DNA of 64,000 nt from Octopus sinensis. Its lineage: Eukaryota. Below the pieces are notes generated by a model. The model had not been told where the DNA came from, did no database searches, and saw nothing but the letters and a program-made list of their open reading frames with translations. Both the position numbers and the translations under genes were made by a program. Of this stretch, positions 1 to 13,500 are shown piece after piece (the first letter of the stretch is position 1; every line of letters starts with the position of its first letter). The DNA is taken from contig NC_043001.1 in assembly GCF_006345805.1 (NCBI RefSeq), forward strand, positions 72,602,001-72,666,000, written 5' to 3'.

Positions 1-297
1 CAATCGCTGATAATCCAGTCTCGGCTTGTTTCATAATTTCCATCCCACGACTTCTGTCTGACAGTGTTCCAGCGTATACTCGCTCCAAGCTCATGACGAT
101 TCTTCTTTGACTGTTGGAATGCTTTCTTCAGCTATTCGAAACTTAAATTCTTTCTGCACTCCCTTAACAAATGTCAGACTACGCGATTTTTTGCTCTAAG
201 CCGCATCCTTGACCACCTCACAAGTTCGTCTAGTCTCAAGAGGGCATTCTGCATGATTTGCTTCTCTGTAGCTAGAAGTGGCACGTCATCCATGAAC
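1..297 (-). mobile_element. RT fragment of an RLE-type non-LTR retrotransposon (HERO/NeSL-like), frameshifted
   Basis: Minus-strand translation FMDDVPLLATEKQIMQNALLRLDELVRWSRMR..RSLTFVKG..F..IPTVKEE..SLERVY matches the FMDD / W.RM...KSRSL / IP.V.E...SLG pattern of HERO/NeSL-type RTs. Cut off at a (TA)n tract. Confidence 0.7.
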
Positions 298-302
298 ATA
301 TA

Positions 303-338
<36 letters not shown>

Positions 339-667
339 AATTACTAAGCAGATATATAGTTACTAAATGTCACTTTAACCTCCTATACCAGTTGCCGTTG
401 AACCAATGTCTAATTTACTTTTGAGTTCGTTATATTGAAACTGTTTAATCCAAGTTGAGCTAAAAATACAAAAATAAACGCAAAACAATGAAACAAAAAT
501 ATACTAATCAACATTAAACAAAAATAAACAAATATAATACAGTTAAAGTCTTCCTGAAATAAATAGAAATATCTAACTTTCGATCTACACACACAAACAC
601 GCGCACACATACACACATGGATGCATACATCCATATATACATACATATATAAGTACGTACATATAAA

Positions 668-706
<39 letters not shown>

Positions 707-720
707 TATAATATATATAT

Positions 721-779
<59 letters not shown>

Positions 780-884
780 GTATATATACATATATCTGCC
801 TATATATGAATCTATCTATCTATATACATATATATGTATATATATGTATCTCTCTCTATCTCTATCTCTCTCCCTCCCTCTCTC

Positions 885-957
<73 letters not shown>

Positions 958-965
958 ATATAGAG
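298..965. repeat. (TA)n, (GA)n, (TC)n compound microsatellites
   Basis: Directly visible tracts; source of the spurious YI/SL/ER ORFs. Confidence 0.9.
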
Positions 966-1649
966 AACTGCTTTAAATTTGTTCTTCCGTGGATAAAGAA
1001 TAAAGGATATTTAATGAAATTGCTTCAAGCTGTGAAATACGGCCTAATGGTTAAAATATTCTGGAATGGTTAAATATTTTGGAATCATGTTCTTATAACT
1101 ATAGAAAGGAGTTGATGCAGAATAAACGATGGGATATAGTTAAGTTAGATTAGTGAATAGATTTGGTTTTGTTTCCAAGGAATATGACAGCGAAGTTGTT
1201 TCTGTAGAGAAAAATAAAACAAAACAAACTGTAGAAACGGTGGGATTTCTACAATGCTTTAGTTAGATTGCGAAGCAATTAGATTATATAAATTCCATTA
1301 TGGTAAAAATGAGGGGTGAGACGAGGGGTTGAACGGGTACAAAGAGCTAGGGAAAAAATCTCCAAAACTGGTGGTGGTTGTGGCGGTGGCGGTGACAGCA
1401 GTGATGGTGGCAGCAGTGGTAGCAGTGACAATGGTGGCGATAGTAGTGATGGTAGCGGTGGTGGTGGTGATGGTGGTGATGGAGGTGATAAGGGTAGTAG
1501 AAGAAGTAACAGGGAGAATGAGATGTTAAAGAAGAAAAGGAATAAGAAGGAAGAAAGTAAAGGAGGATGAAAAAGCAAAAGGAGAAAGAGAGTAAGAAGA
1601 CGAAGGAGGAAGAAAGAAGAGCTGAATAAAAAGAATGGGAATAATAATA

Positions 1650-1706
<57 letters not shown>

Positions 1707-2017
1707 TAATAATAATAATAATAATAATGATAATATGGACTAAAGTGGGGTAGAATAGCAGCATAATTCCATAATAGCGATACTTACATTTTTATCAGAA
1801 TTCTATTAGAATTCCATTAATATATCGGGAATATCATGATAATAGAATTATGTTACATGAAAATTCTATTATATCAGTGGAAAGCCATGAGATAATGTTA
1901 TTAACACAAAGGGTTTACTTTAGTAAGTTACAACGACCTAACTAGCGATGTGAGACATATTTCATTTAAAAAAAAAACACTCAGTTAAATACTGAAATAC
2001 TGAAGTCAACAATTAAA

Positions 2018-2019
<2 letters not shown>

Positions 2020-2086
<67 letters not shown>

Positions 2087-2206
2087 TAATATATATATAT
2101 ATATGCATGTATATATATATATATGCATGTATATATATATATATATATATATAATATGCATGTATATATATATGTATATGTATGTATATATATATATATG
2201 TATATG

Positions 2207-2246
<40 letters not shown>

Positions 2247-2405
2247 TATATATATATATATATATACATATATATAAACATATATATATACGTATATATA
2301 CATATACATACATATATATATACACATATATCTATCTATCTATATATATATATACATGCGTAAATATATATATACACATATATCTATATATATATATCTA
2401 TATAT

Positions 2406-2469
<64 letters not shown>

Positions 2470-2622
2470 TATATATATACACACATATATCTATCTATCT
2501 ATCTATATATATATATATTATATATATATATATATACATGCGTAAATATATATATATATATATACACACGAAAGAATAGATAGATATACACATATACACA
2601 TATATAAACTATTTATATGATA

Positions 2623-2684
<62 letters not shown>

Positions 2685-2690
2685 TATCTC
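2020..2690. repeat. Long degenerate (TA)n/(CA)n microsatellite field
   Basis: Directly visible. Confidence 0.9.
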
Positions 2691-3388
2691 TGTGCTTATG
2701 TATATGTATACATTGAAACAGTTATACGAACGTATGGATACATTTATATATATGAACATACTACATATGCATATATGTATGTATGTATATATACACACAC
2801 ATATACATATGAATTTGTGCATATATTTCAATCTACTTCTCTTTTCTTTTCACACACACATACACACACACACACAGACACACCCCTCTCTCTGTATTTA
2901 CATACATACTTACATACCTGCATGCATATGCCTGCGTCTTGATTATTGGGTAAGTGTATATATATATATATATATAGATATATATAAATACACACACTTA
3001 CCCAAGTATCCACACGCAGATATATATATTTAACGTAAGAGAGAAATATAAATTAACAGAATTTTGTGCAATAGCAGAAACAACAATAGCAAATACACTT
3101 TTATATTACAATAATTTATTCACAACAAACAAAGGAGCATTACTGTAATTAACAGCTTCGCTCAAATGACATTTTGCATCTAATTCTTATTCCATATCTA
3201 TCAATCAGTCAGTCATTCAATGAATGAATGAATCAATGTGTGTATGTATGTATGTATGTATGTATGTATGTATGTATGTATGTATGTATGTATGTATGTA
3301 TGTATGTATGTATGTATGTATGTATGTATGTGTGTGTGTATGTATGTATCTATCTATCTATACATACATATATGTGTACATACATACA

Positions 3389-3422
<34 letters not shown>

Positions 3423-3689
3423 AGTCTATGTGTGTGTCTGTATTTGTTCGTAAGAGCGACCATAGAAGTGTCAGGATCGTCTCTGGTGGTGTACTAATAG
3501 ATTGGGGCTGTGAACACACGGACGATCCTTAGAGATGGACGGACCGTTTCAGCAGTGTCCTGATCCGCTCCATCTAACCCCGTCATCACGTTGACAATGA
3601 AACAGAAATAGGACACTTGTTCCAGTCATGAATCGACATGTCAGTTGCTGTGTATGAAGTAAAGAAAATCCTAGATGAGGTATCTAATG

Positions 3690-4190
3690 TATATGTCTTC
3701 TGCATCAATTACCATTTTAGCCGAGATCTACAATATTAGCAGTCCTCACTTGATCTCAAGCCTCATCGAGCACTTTCACTCATTGTGGCACCAAGAGAAC
3801 ATTGCAGCTGAGTTTAAGGTTGTCTCACTAGTCCATATCTAAAAGAAGAAAGGAAATTGTTAATGCTACAATAAGCACTGGAGTATAATCTCGGGCAGGG
3901 AAGATTCTCGTCAGAGTAATTTTGAGCCAGCTAATTGTCGGCTTTGAGCAGAGTTTTCTGCCTGAGAGCCAACACCCTTTCAGAGAGGTCATGATACAAT
4001 TGTTATTATGCTTGTAACCTGTTAACTTCAGGAAGAGTTGTGTCATCAGCATCTTAATGTCTATAAGACACTTGACTTTACAAAGGCATTTGACCAAGTA
4101 CGGGTATCCCGAAGAGTTTATTGTCCCGATACGTCATTGACTGAGAAGATTTGTCAAGTTACGTCGATGAAAGTGTTCGCCGTCATAATA
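3690..4190 (+). mobile_element. RTE-clade LINE RT fragment (N-terminal RT half), decayed
   Basis: Plus-strand pieces ILAEIY, SLWHQENIAAEFK, AGKILVRVILSQL, EQSFLPESQHPFRE, DFTKAFDQV, YGYPEEFI. Confidence 0.7.
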
Positions 4191-4245
4191 TTGTGAGCTT
4201 TTCAACATGTTTTCAACGACGGCTCCTTTAATATTTACATATAGG

Positions 4246-4465
4246 GAGGCGGCGAGGTGCCAGAATCGTTAGCACACCGGGCAAAGTGTTTAGCGGTATT
4301 TCGCCTATCTTTACGTTCTGAGTTCAAATTTCGCCCCGTCGACTTTACCCTTCATTCTTTCGAGGTTGATAAAATAAGTACCAGTTGAGTATTTAAACCG
4401 ATGTAATAAATTTATCCTCTCCTCTGAAGTTGTTGGCCTTGTGCCAAAATTTGAAACCAATATTT
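4246..4465 (+). mobile_element. tRNA-derived SINE, family B (Nin-domain-like core)
   Basis: ggcggcgag..gttagcac..gagttcaaat head, then gtcgacttt.ccc/ttcattctttcgaggttgataaaataagtaccag core and ggccttgtgcc tail. Many copies in the window. Nin assignment is from recall. Confidence 0.8.
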
Positions 4466-4499
4466 ACATATATGGTTTTTACCTGAGGCGATCTTGGTG

Positions 4500-5110
4500 A
4501 TCTAACAATTACCTTGTCCATTGTAGATAGTACAGAAACTTCATTTTGGGGTTTAAATGTTTGTTCTTCGAGACCAGTTTTGTCACTCTTCCAAATGTTG
4601 AATGAACTGTGCAATTCCGTGTTTCCACATCCTTTTCCGAAGTACATTTCTTAGAAAGAATAATTCCAAGAGAAGGAAAGTGGTCAACTTGTTCGAGAGA
4701 CATATCAGAGAGAGTGATGTTGAAATCAGAGAAGTTGGTTTTCAGAGTTGGTTGGCCAAGGTCTTTAATCTTAATATTCACTACGAATTCGAAGCGACCA
4801 TTTGCACTAATATAGCTATTGAACGACATCTGGAGATGCTGAGATAAGTGATAGAGAGTAAAGCTGTCATCAGTGTATGGCTGAAAATAGCATTACTATC
4901 TGTTTAGTGACGCTCTGAGATGTGTGGGATGTTAGTAAATCGATGAAATAGAAATCTAGTTGTGTTAAATAATTTTCCGCCAAAGCAGTATTTGATGCCT
5001 AGGCTCAAATTGCCTGGACAAAATTTTAAAAGTATTGCAGATAAGTATAAGAAGAGCGTAGGTGCAAGAACGTATCCCTGTTTTAGTCTACATGTAATTG
5101 AGAACTGTAT
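4500..5110 (-). mobile_element. RTE-clade LINE RT fragment (QG motif to thumb), decayed
   Basis: Minus-strand QFSITCRLKQGYVLAPTLF (about 5050-5110), QPYTDDS (YADD equivalent, about 4862-4883), LEQVDHFPSLGIILS..STFGRVTK (ORF 4509-4829). Confidence 0.7.
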
Positions 5111-5749
5111 GTGTATGAAAAGTTATCATGTATTCGTAGTTATCTACTACTCTGGAAATAAGGCCGATATTGCATAAGCCCTTATATGCTGTAGGGAATG
5201 TATCGCAAGTGGAAGCAGTGTCTTTCTGAAAGGGACTCCAGTTGTCGTCGACGATCAGCTGGCTTGATTGTTCTGGAAAATTTTAAGCCCAGGAACTATG
5301 GACCTCTTAAAGAATGGCCCACTGTCTCTCTTTGACAAAGAGAGGGGGGTAATTTTTCTTCTGATGTTTGAAAGATTGAGTATACAGATCTTTGTCTCCA
5401 AAGCCAAACTTCATCAAAGTTTTCCAGTAAAACGTGAAATGGAAGATGCATAAGCGGAGAAAGTAGTCTTGTACATCTGCCTAATGAAACGTAAGTACAA
5501 TGGGTAAAACTGGGGCGTGGAAATGGTCGAATTTTGAAATCTTGTAGTACAATCGACTGGGGTGCAAGAATACCAGAGGCAGAAGATGATCAGAAGCGTG
5601 AGGTACCTCGATATTCCTAAATAAAGGTACCACCACTTTTGTGGGTGTAGATGGTACCACTCCCACATCCCCTTTTCTCTTCATCATTTTATATGATCCC
5701 CCACTCCCATTAAATTGTAAATTCTCTTTGTAGTATGCCTTTCAAATAG

Positions 5750-5943
5750 AAGAAATCATCATCATCAGCAGTAGTAGCTTCGTCGTCGTCACCATCATCT
5801 TCCTCCACCTCATCATCATTGTCATCATCATCAGTAGGAGTAGTTGTCTGTGGTGGTAGCATTGATAGTAGTACTAGATGGTAACGACAATGGCGGTGGT
5901 GATGGTAGTAATAGTAGTGGTAGTGGTGGTGGTGGTGGTGGTG

Positions 5944-6004
<61 letters not shown>

Positions 6005-6361
6005 CAGCAGCAACAGCAGTAGCAGTAACAACAGCAGCAACCACAACAGCAACAGCAGCAGTAGTAGTAATGCTAATAGCTCTTGAAATAGTGATATACA
6101 TAATGGAAACCAAAGTGAACGTGAGAACGGTTGAGAAATTATCAAAAGTAACGTGTAAACCACGTGACAGTATTAGTGTTGATAATGTTTCTGTCGCCGT
6201 CAACTACAACCCCCTCTCCCATCATTATAGTAACTACTACTACAACCAAAACTATATCAACCACAACCATTACTACCACTACCATTATCACTTTTACAAT
6301 CACTGCAACCACCACATTGTTAATCATTACAACTACTACTACCATTATTAATTCATTAACC

Positions 6362-6428
<67 letters not shown>

Positions 6429-7260
6429 CTATCACCAGTATCGCTAAACCACTGTTACTATTACCATCATATCGTTAATATCAGAATTATCACCTTCATA
6501 TTACCGTCGCCACCATCACTAGCAGCAGCACCACCACAATTGCGACAAGTGTATTAACCACAACTATCACCTCAACAGCCACCATTACCAATATCTCCAC
6601 TCCTACTGCCACTCCAGTATCAGCCATTATTACTCCCTAACGCGCTATATTGAACACACCACCGTTACCACCACCACTACCACCACCGCCGCCATCACCA
6701 CCACGACGACCACCGCCGCCGCCATCACCATCACCATCATAAATAATGATGGTAGCTGAAGTGGTGGTGGTGGCCATCGCGGTAGTGGTGGTGGTGGCGG
6801 TGGTGGTGGCGGAGGTGGTGGCGGTGGTGGTGGTGATGGTGGTGATGTGGTGGTTGCGTTGATTGTAATACTTGTTAACGTAATGGTGGCGATGGGGGTG
6901 GTGGGGGTGGTAATGATGAAGGTGGTGATGGTGATGATAGTGATGGTGGTGATGATGATGATGGTGGTGGTGGTGGTTGTGGGGGTTGTGTTGATTGTAA
7001 TATTTGTTAACGGACTAGTGGTAGTTGTAGGGATAGCGTTGACCATGATGTGATGGAGATCGTAGTGGTAACAGTGATAGCTTTAGTGGGTAGTGATGGC
7101 GGTGATGGTGGAGTTAACCTTGTTGATGGTGATGTGATCGTGGTAGCGGTGGTGCTGGTAGTAGTGGCGGTGGTGGTTGTGAAAGTAGTTATAATGGTAG
7201 AAGTGGTGAAAGTATTGTCCCTATAACCTTTGAATGGATGCGTACGGGAAAACATGGTGG
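5750..7260. repeat. Low-complexity trinucleotide field (CAT/GGT/AGT/CAA/CCA)
   Basis: Directly visible; switches from CA-rich to GT-rich near 6745. Confidence 0.85.
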
Positions 7261-7324
7261 TTAATACTTCAGTAACGATAATTACATAAATATCATGTGT
7301 GTATGTGTACGTGTGTCTGTATGA

Positions 7325-7356
<32 letters not shown>

Positions 7357-7402
7357 ATGTACATATATGTCTGTGTATGTATATAAATGAATATATAAAC
7401 AT

Positions 7403-7793
7403 AGGTGCAGGCATGGCTACGTGGTAAGAAACTTGCTTCCCAGCCACATGGTTCGAGTTCAGTCCCACTGCGTGGCACCTTGAGCAAGTGTCTTCTACTA
7501 TAGTCGCGGACCGACCAAAGCCTTGTGAGTGGATTTGGTAGATGGAAGCTGAAAGAAGTCCGTCGCGCGTGTGCGTGTGTGTGTGTATATGTGTGTGTAT
7601 ATGTATGTCTGTGTTAGTCCCCCAACATCACTTGATAACTGATGGTGATGTGCTTACCGGCTCGGCAAAAGAGACCGATAAAATAAGTACTAGGCTTACA
7701 AAGTATAAGTCCTGGGGTCGATTTGTTCGACTAAAGGCGGTGCTCCAGTATGGTTGCAGTCAAATGATTGAAACAACTAAATGAATAAAAGAA
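7403..7793 (+). mobile_element. tRNA-derived SINE, family A, with internal (TG)n
   Basis: ggcatggct..tggtaag..gagttcagtcccactgcgtggcacc head, gaccaaagccttgtgagtggatttggtaga core, microsatellite, and tail ending gtcaaatgattgaaacaac. Confidence 0.85.
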
Positions 7794-7824
7794 TTAAAAA
7801 AAGTAGATACACACACACACACAT

Positions 7825-7870
<46 letters not shown>

Positions 7871-7929
7871 ATATACTTAATATTAAACGAAACAGCGTTG
7901 AATAAAAACATTTGGTGTAAAGTCATATT

Positions 7930-8630
7930 TAACACGTTGGAGAATATTCGGACGTGATAAGGCCTTTCATTGTGGAAATATCAATCTAGACATGCGTGAA
8001 AACACATTGTGTGTGTGTATCTGTGTGTGTGTGTGTGTGTGGTGTGTGTGTGTGTGTGTGTTGTGAATGACATCATTGGATAGTGGGAAGCATGCCTTTC
8101 TGCGTCGTTCCACATCGCCTCCAACGAAAACCAAATCTTTCATCCACAGTCCGAATAAGAATGAAATTATTCTTATTAAAACAGCATGTGAAATGTAATG
8201 CTTGTTGATGTGAGTAAAGCTTCGTCAAGCTACAATTTAATAAATAACGTCGCTCGAAGCAGTGCTGATTTAAAAAAAAACGGTATGAAGTTGTATTTAA
8301 CGTTGTATTGTATTCGGACTTGTGAAGACATTTCACTACGTGATAGTCTCGGCAGAGGATTCTTTCCCCCGGACATGTGTGAAAACAAATTTCTTGGGGC
8401 TGGATATGTGAATATCACCTTTGAAACGTAAGACGCATGCGTTTCTGAGTCTTGATTTTCGTAGCTGACGGAGTGGGACGACACAAAAACACACGCGACC
8501 TACGATAATGTCATTCATGCAACAACTCCCAAGAAATGCATTTTCACACGTGCCTTGGTGGAAAATTTTCTCCCGGAGCTATAGCCGCAGCGAAAGGTTT
8601 TAACACGTCCGAATTCATTCGAACGTGTTA
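7930..8630. mobile_element. Old MITE-like element with degenerate TIRs of about 50 bp that start with a hairpin
   Basis: 7930 taacacgttggagaatattcggacgtgataaggcctttc versus the reverse complement of the 8630 end, taacacgttcgaatgaattcggacgtgttaaaacctttc. Confidence 0.55.
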
Positions 8631-8744
8631 TACATACATGCACACACATAAATAAACAAATATATACATACATACATACATACATACATACATACATACA
8701 TACATACATACATACATACATACATACATACATACATACATACA

Positions 8745-8775
<31 letters not shown>

Positions 8776-11700
8776 GTTACGAAGGGTATAGGGTTACCAG
8801 TTTTTACTAATGTATCTATCATTGTACAATGTTATGTTATGTGTTCGATGAGCGTAAATAATTAATAGAGTCAGTCCTTAGAATAAACATTGAGACTTTA
8901 TTCCTCTGTAAAATTTGCATAATAGTTCGGACACAATGAAACATTAGCAAGTTCTGTTAGACTGTCGATCTCCATCATCCCAGTAATTAAGTTTAGACCA
9001 TCACTGGTTATGAATCCGTAGTGTGTCAATTCTCCTCTGGGAAGGCTGGATCCTGCAACTCGTCTCAGTGACAGCTATGACCCCTCTCACTCATAAAATG
9101 TCTGTCGAGCCAATTTATGGAGAAAAGGGGGCACCAAAGCACATACAGAATTTGTCGCTTAAAATATGTCACGAGGAACGTGATTGGACTTCAATCTAAT
9201 TTTCGCGCAACACTTAACTAATTTCAGTACAGGACTCATTAACCTGGCCAAAAGCTTATGTGATGGATATTTTAGCCAATCGCAACAAATTAGTGTGGTG
9301 AGCTAATAATTAAATGATCGCTACATTTATAAGTAAAACTCAATGCTCTTTTTATGCAACAATACAACATATATAGCAACCAATGCCCGAGAAATAGTAA
9401 CTAAATTTCCGTCAAATAACATCCCTACCGCCTTGAAAAAAGAAAGACTCACTGGACAATTTAGTCCCTGGTATAGGAAAGGGAAACGATAGAAAAAAGG
9501 GGATGGTCCACCTGGAACGGTTCTGGTACGGTGTTTGATATGTGGTTAAACAGTTAAGATAATGATAGGAAGAACACGAATAACAACTATAATGCAAAAA
9601 TGACCACAATAACGGTAAGGATGGCGGCGGCAACAGCTGCGACAACGACCACGAGGCGAGGGCAGCAGTAAGAACAACAACAAAAATGATAACACCAATA
9701 AGAACAAGAATATATGTTGGAGTTGCTAATATTTCTCTTTGAAATTATTTTCCATACTCACAATCAAGTATAGTCTTAGAACTGCAGCACGGATGCACCA
9801 AGGTGAGGTGACCACATGGCTGCGATTGGAAACAGACACAACCTCGATACTACTACTTGGCTACTATGACAGAGCAGATAACCTCTTCTTTGGCCAGTAA
9901 ATAACCAAAGAAGCAAAGTGAATTCAAGCTTTAAAAAAATGATGTGGAGTTTATTTACTTTAGAGATGTCTGTGTACCATGCACACACACACACATGCAC
10001 ATGCACATATATTTGTGTGTATGTATATATATATATGTATATATATGTATATAAGTATGTGTGTGTTTATATAAAAACACATATACATGTACACACAAAA
10101 ATATATTTAATATGTAAGTATGTATGTGTATATATATATATACATACACACACACACACACATATATATATATATCCACATCCATACAAGTGTAATACAT
10201 GTGTAATTAATGTATGTAACGTATGTTATATAACCAACGTTCATCTGATATTCGGCTGCATACAATTACAATACATTGAATTTAGTTGGAAACACTTGAA
10301 TGATTCATAATTCATAGAGATAAATGATTCATAATTCATGGTGATAGATGGTTAAATTTAGAGTCACGTTAATTACGTTACATCAGCAATATTTAAAGTG
10401 TAATTTTTTTAAAAATGTACAATTAAAAGAGTATAGTTAGAAAAAAAGTAGTTTGAGAAAATTTATATTCTCATGTAACGTAATCCATCGTCCAGTTTAA
10501 CCTCACCATCAACACCACCCCTCTACTACCACCAGCGCCATCACCACCAACGCCGTCAGTAGCGCCAGTGTTCACCGCCACCGCCTTCACCGCCACCATC
10601 CTATCTCCGCCGCTGCTGCTATCACGACTATCACTACCATCATCACCATCACCACCCTTACCACCACCGCCGCCAAAGTCGCCAATGCCCGCCTCTGTCA
10701 TTACCCCTGCTTCCATCACCATCACCACCACCACCATGGTCTTGAGTGTGTTTGGTGGAAGCCACTCTCCATCAAGCGTTCGAAGTAGGTGTCTGATCCG
10801 AAGTTAACTCCCTTACTCCCACCAAAGAAACCTTGAAAGGGATTAAAGATACTACCCTCTCTCGTTTGATTAAAGCATTTAAAAATTAAGAAAAAGCCTT
10901 CAATGATTATCTTATCTTTTATTTAGACATATTGCATCTAGGAGAACATTGTTTAATATGCGCTGTTTCAGTGAAAATTTTTGTTATTTAACTCCAGGTT
11001 AGTACTGATCCAGCAGTATGCAGCCGCTGGACACGTGTCTTCCTCATGTTGACCAATAAATTCAAGTAGAATCTGATAGGTGGACATTAGGCAGAAGCTG
11101 CGATCTCTAAGCAGGCTGAATGTCTGTCTCTTTACAAATATAACTTTTTAAAGTTTTCAGAATATGTAAAATCTGTAAATGTTGGAATAATGTGGTTGTT
11201 ACAATATACAAATTAAAGGGAACCGTTTAAACACAACATCAACGTTTCAGATGTTTCGTTAATATATACCTAAGGATAGACAAGGGGGAGATTAACAATT
11301 ATCCGTCATTTTCGACAGCGTTCCTCAAGAAGTACATATAGTTGGTCGCAATTTACCTCTTCAAAAGTGGGTGGTTGACAGTCACGAAAAGATTATGATA
11401 ATCCTAACCAGAAATAATTTAAGCCACTTTGGATGGGCCTCTACTTATGAATTATGAATGAAGGGGTACATTATCTAATTTGAGCTGTTTTATTGTTAAT
11501 CTCTGTTATTTAGTTTAAATTAGTACTGATCCAACAACCATAAGTTTAAAGTTTTACATGTAAGGACGCTATAAATCAACTTTCTAGGGTTACACAGCTT
11601 CTAACAACCCCTGTCAAAAGAACGGTATGGCCAACAGATCTGAAAGAGGCAACAAAGTACCTGCTGAGAGAATCATCAGCACTAAAAAATCTCCTTGGGG

Positions 11701-12660
11701 CTATACTTTATTTCTAGATTCAATGGATGGCTGTCGAATTCTTGCTGTGTTCATCTACCCTTTTAGAAAAGTACTGTTTACTTTTTTTCCTTTTTTTTTT
11801 TAACATGATAGGATATCCAACAAGCACCCACCGACTATATAACAAGTTGCACTGTTTTACATGTTTACGAGTTGTAGAAAATTTTTAATATGACCAAACC
11901 TTAAACCAGGAAAGAACGAGAGACTGTCTCTATATTGTTGTCAATTATCGCGACCAACTTTTACTACAAACATCGAACGGTGAGGATGGATGGGTGAAAG
12001 CCAGTACAAAAACTGCAGTTGATGTCCTATAGATCTAACGAATCCGTGAACAAAAGAACTGATGTGGAAAAACATAGGTTATCAAAAAACAAATTCTTAT
12101 CCCCAACTGGAAATGGTTTCTACAAATGTTTTCATATCGGTGCTTTCCAAATTCTTTTGTCCAACTGCAAATGTTTTCTTAAAATGTTTTCATATCTTTT
12201 TTTATAGTATCATATTCCCTGAAATTAATGTGTCCAATATCAATAATTATTTAATAGGTATTTAAAAGCTTTAGTTTACTAAAGCTTCTTTTTCTTGTGT
12301 TGTAATTATTATTCTTAATGCAACGCGCAGATTTGGCATTACATCCTGCATCTTATTATTGTGGGTGAATTTAACCGTTTCTATTGGAAGCATTAAATCT
12401 CCAGGAAATAATTCCATAATATTTGGTTCAGTCGAGAACTGACATCTGTTAATGTTACCCATGCAACATCTAAAATAAGCTTCACCTCATTCGAGGAATT
12501 TTCACGTTTTGGTTTTATTATTTTTTTTTTATCAAATAACTCCATATTTTTCGTATTTAGAAAACTCCAAAAACAACATATGACGTCGCGCCACCTATTG
12601 CGTATTGGAGCTGCCAATGGATTTCCCCAACCTTGTGTATGGATAGGTAAATATTCTTTT

Positions 12661-13050
12661 CTATTCGAGGCACAAGACCTGAAATTTTTGTGCAGGGGGC
12701 AGTCGATTAGGGCGACCCCAGTAGGCAACTGGTACTTATTTAATCGACCCCGAAAGGATGAAAGGCAAAGTCGACCTCGGCGGAATTTGATCTCAGAACG
12801 TAGCGGCAGACGAAATACCTATTTCTTTACTACCCACAAGGGGCTAAACACAGAGAGGACAAACAAGGACAGACAAACGGATTAAGTCGATTATATCGAC
12901 TCCATTGCGTAACTGGTACTTATTTAATCGACCCCGAAAGGATGAAAGGAAAAGTCTACCTCGGCAGAATTTGAACTCAGAACGTAGCGGCAGACGAAAT
13001 ACGGCTTAGCATTTCGCCCGGCGTGCTAACGTTTCTGCTAGTTACCGCCT
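12661..13050 (-). mobile_element. Dimeric family-B SINE
   Basis: The core aactggtacttatttaatcgaccccgaaaggatgaaagg..gaactcagaacgtagcggcagacgaaatac occurs twice, separated by an 80-90 bp spacer (ctatttctttactacccacaaggggctaaacac...). Confidence 0.85.
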
Positions 13051-13114
13051 TTGGTACATATATTAAAAACAAAATATAAAAATAACAAAAATACAAAAAA
13101 CGTTCACATTTAAT

Positions 13115-13320
13115 ATTGGTTTCAGATTATGACGAAAAGCCAGCAATTTTTGGGGAAGGAGTAAGTCGGTTGAATCGACTCCATTGATTAAATGTTACTC
13201 ATTTTATCGACCACGAAAAGATGAATGGTAAAGTGAACCTCGGTGAAAATTTGAACTCAAAACATAAAGGCGAAATGCCGCTAAGCATTTTGCTCGGCGC
13301 AGGAACAATTCTGCCAACAA
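13115..13320 (-). mobile_element. Family-B SINE, diverged
   Basis: tttatcgaccacgaaaagatg..ttgaactc..gctaagcattttgctcggcg. Confidence 0.75.
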
Positions 13321-13329
13321 TTCTTCGTT

Positions 13330-13500
13330 CACCTTTAATATCATTAGGCTGACACTCAAGGAAGAATAGAAAGAGTAAAAGTCACAATGTTTCGGACACA
13401 GTCTTTCTTCAGATACTAGAGGGAAGTCCAGGAGATGGTGAGAAGAGAAAAAGATGAAAATAGAAGAGAGCCAGGAAAAAAGGACGTGGGTTAGATTCAT
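13330..13500 (-). mobile_element. Penelope-like pLTR remnant
   Basis: Pyrimidine-rich minus-strand tract leading into a minimal hammerhead motif; arrangement typical of PLE ends. Confidence 0.5.
13381..13418 (-). ncRNA. Minimal type-I hammerhead ribozyme motif
   Basis: Minus strand reads gtat-CTGAAGA-aagactgtgtcc-GAAA-cattgtgac: CUGANGA and GAAA cores with a GAC/GTC stem II. Confidence 0.55.

Noticed and set aside
410-3532. Many ORFs rich in YI, VC, MYVC, SL, poly-I/N/L (here and throughout the window)
   Set aside because: They are translations of microsatellites and low-complexity tracts, not genes.
5120-5700. Coding-looking stretch next to the RTE fragment
   Set aside because: No frame gave a motif I could assign.
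11585-11810. Short open frames after a tttctag acceptor-like site
   Set aside because: No recognisable protein motif or convincing donor site; cannot be supported as an exon.
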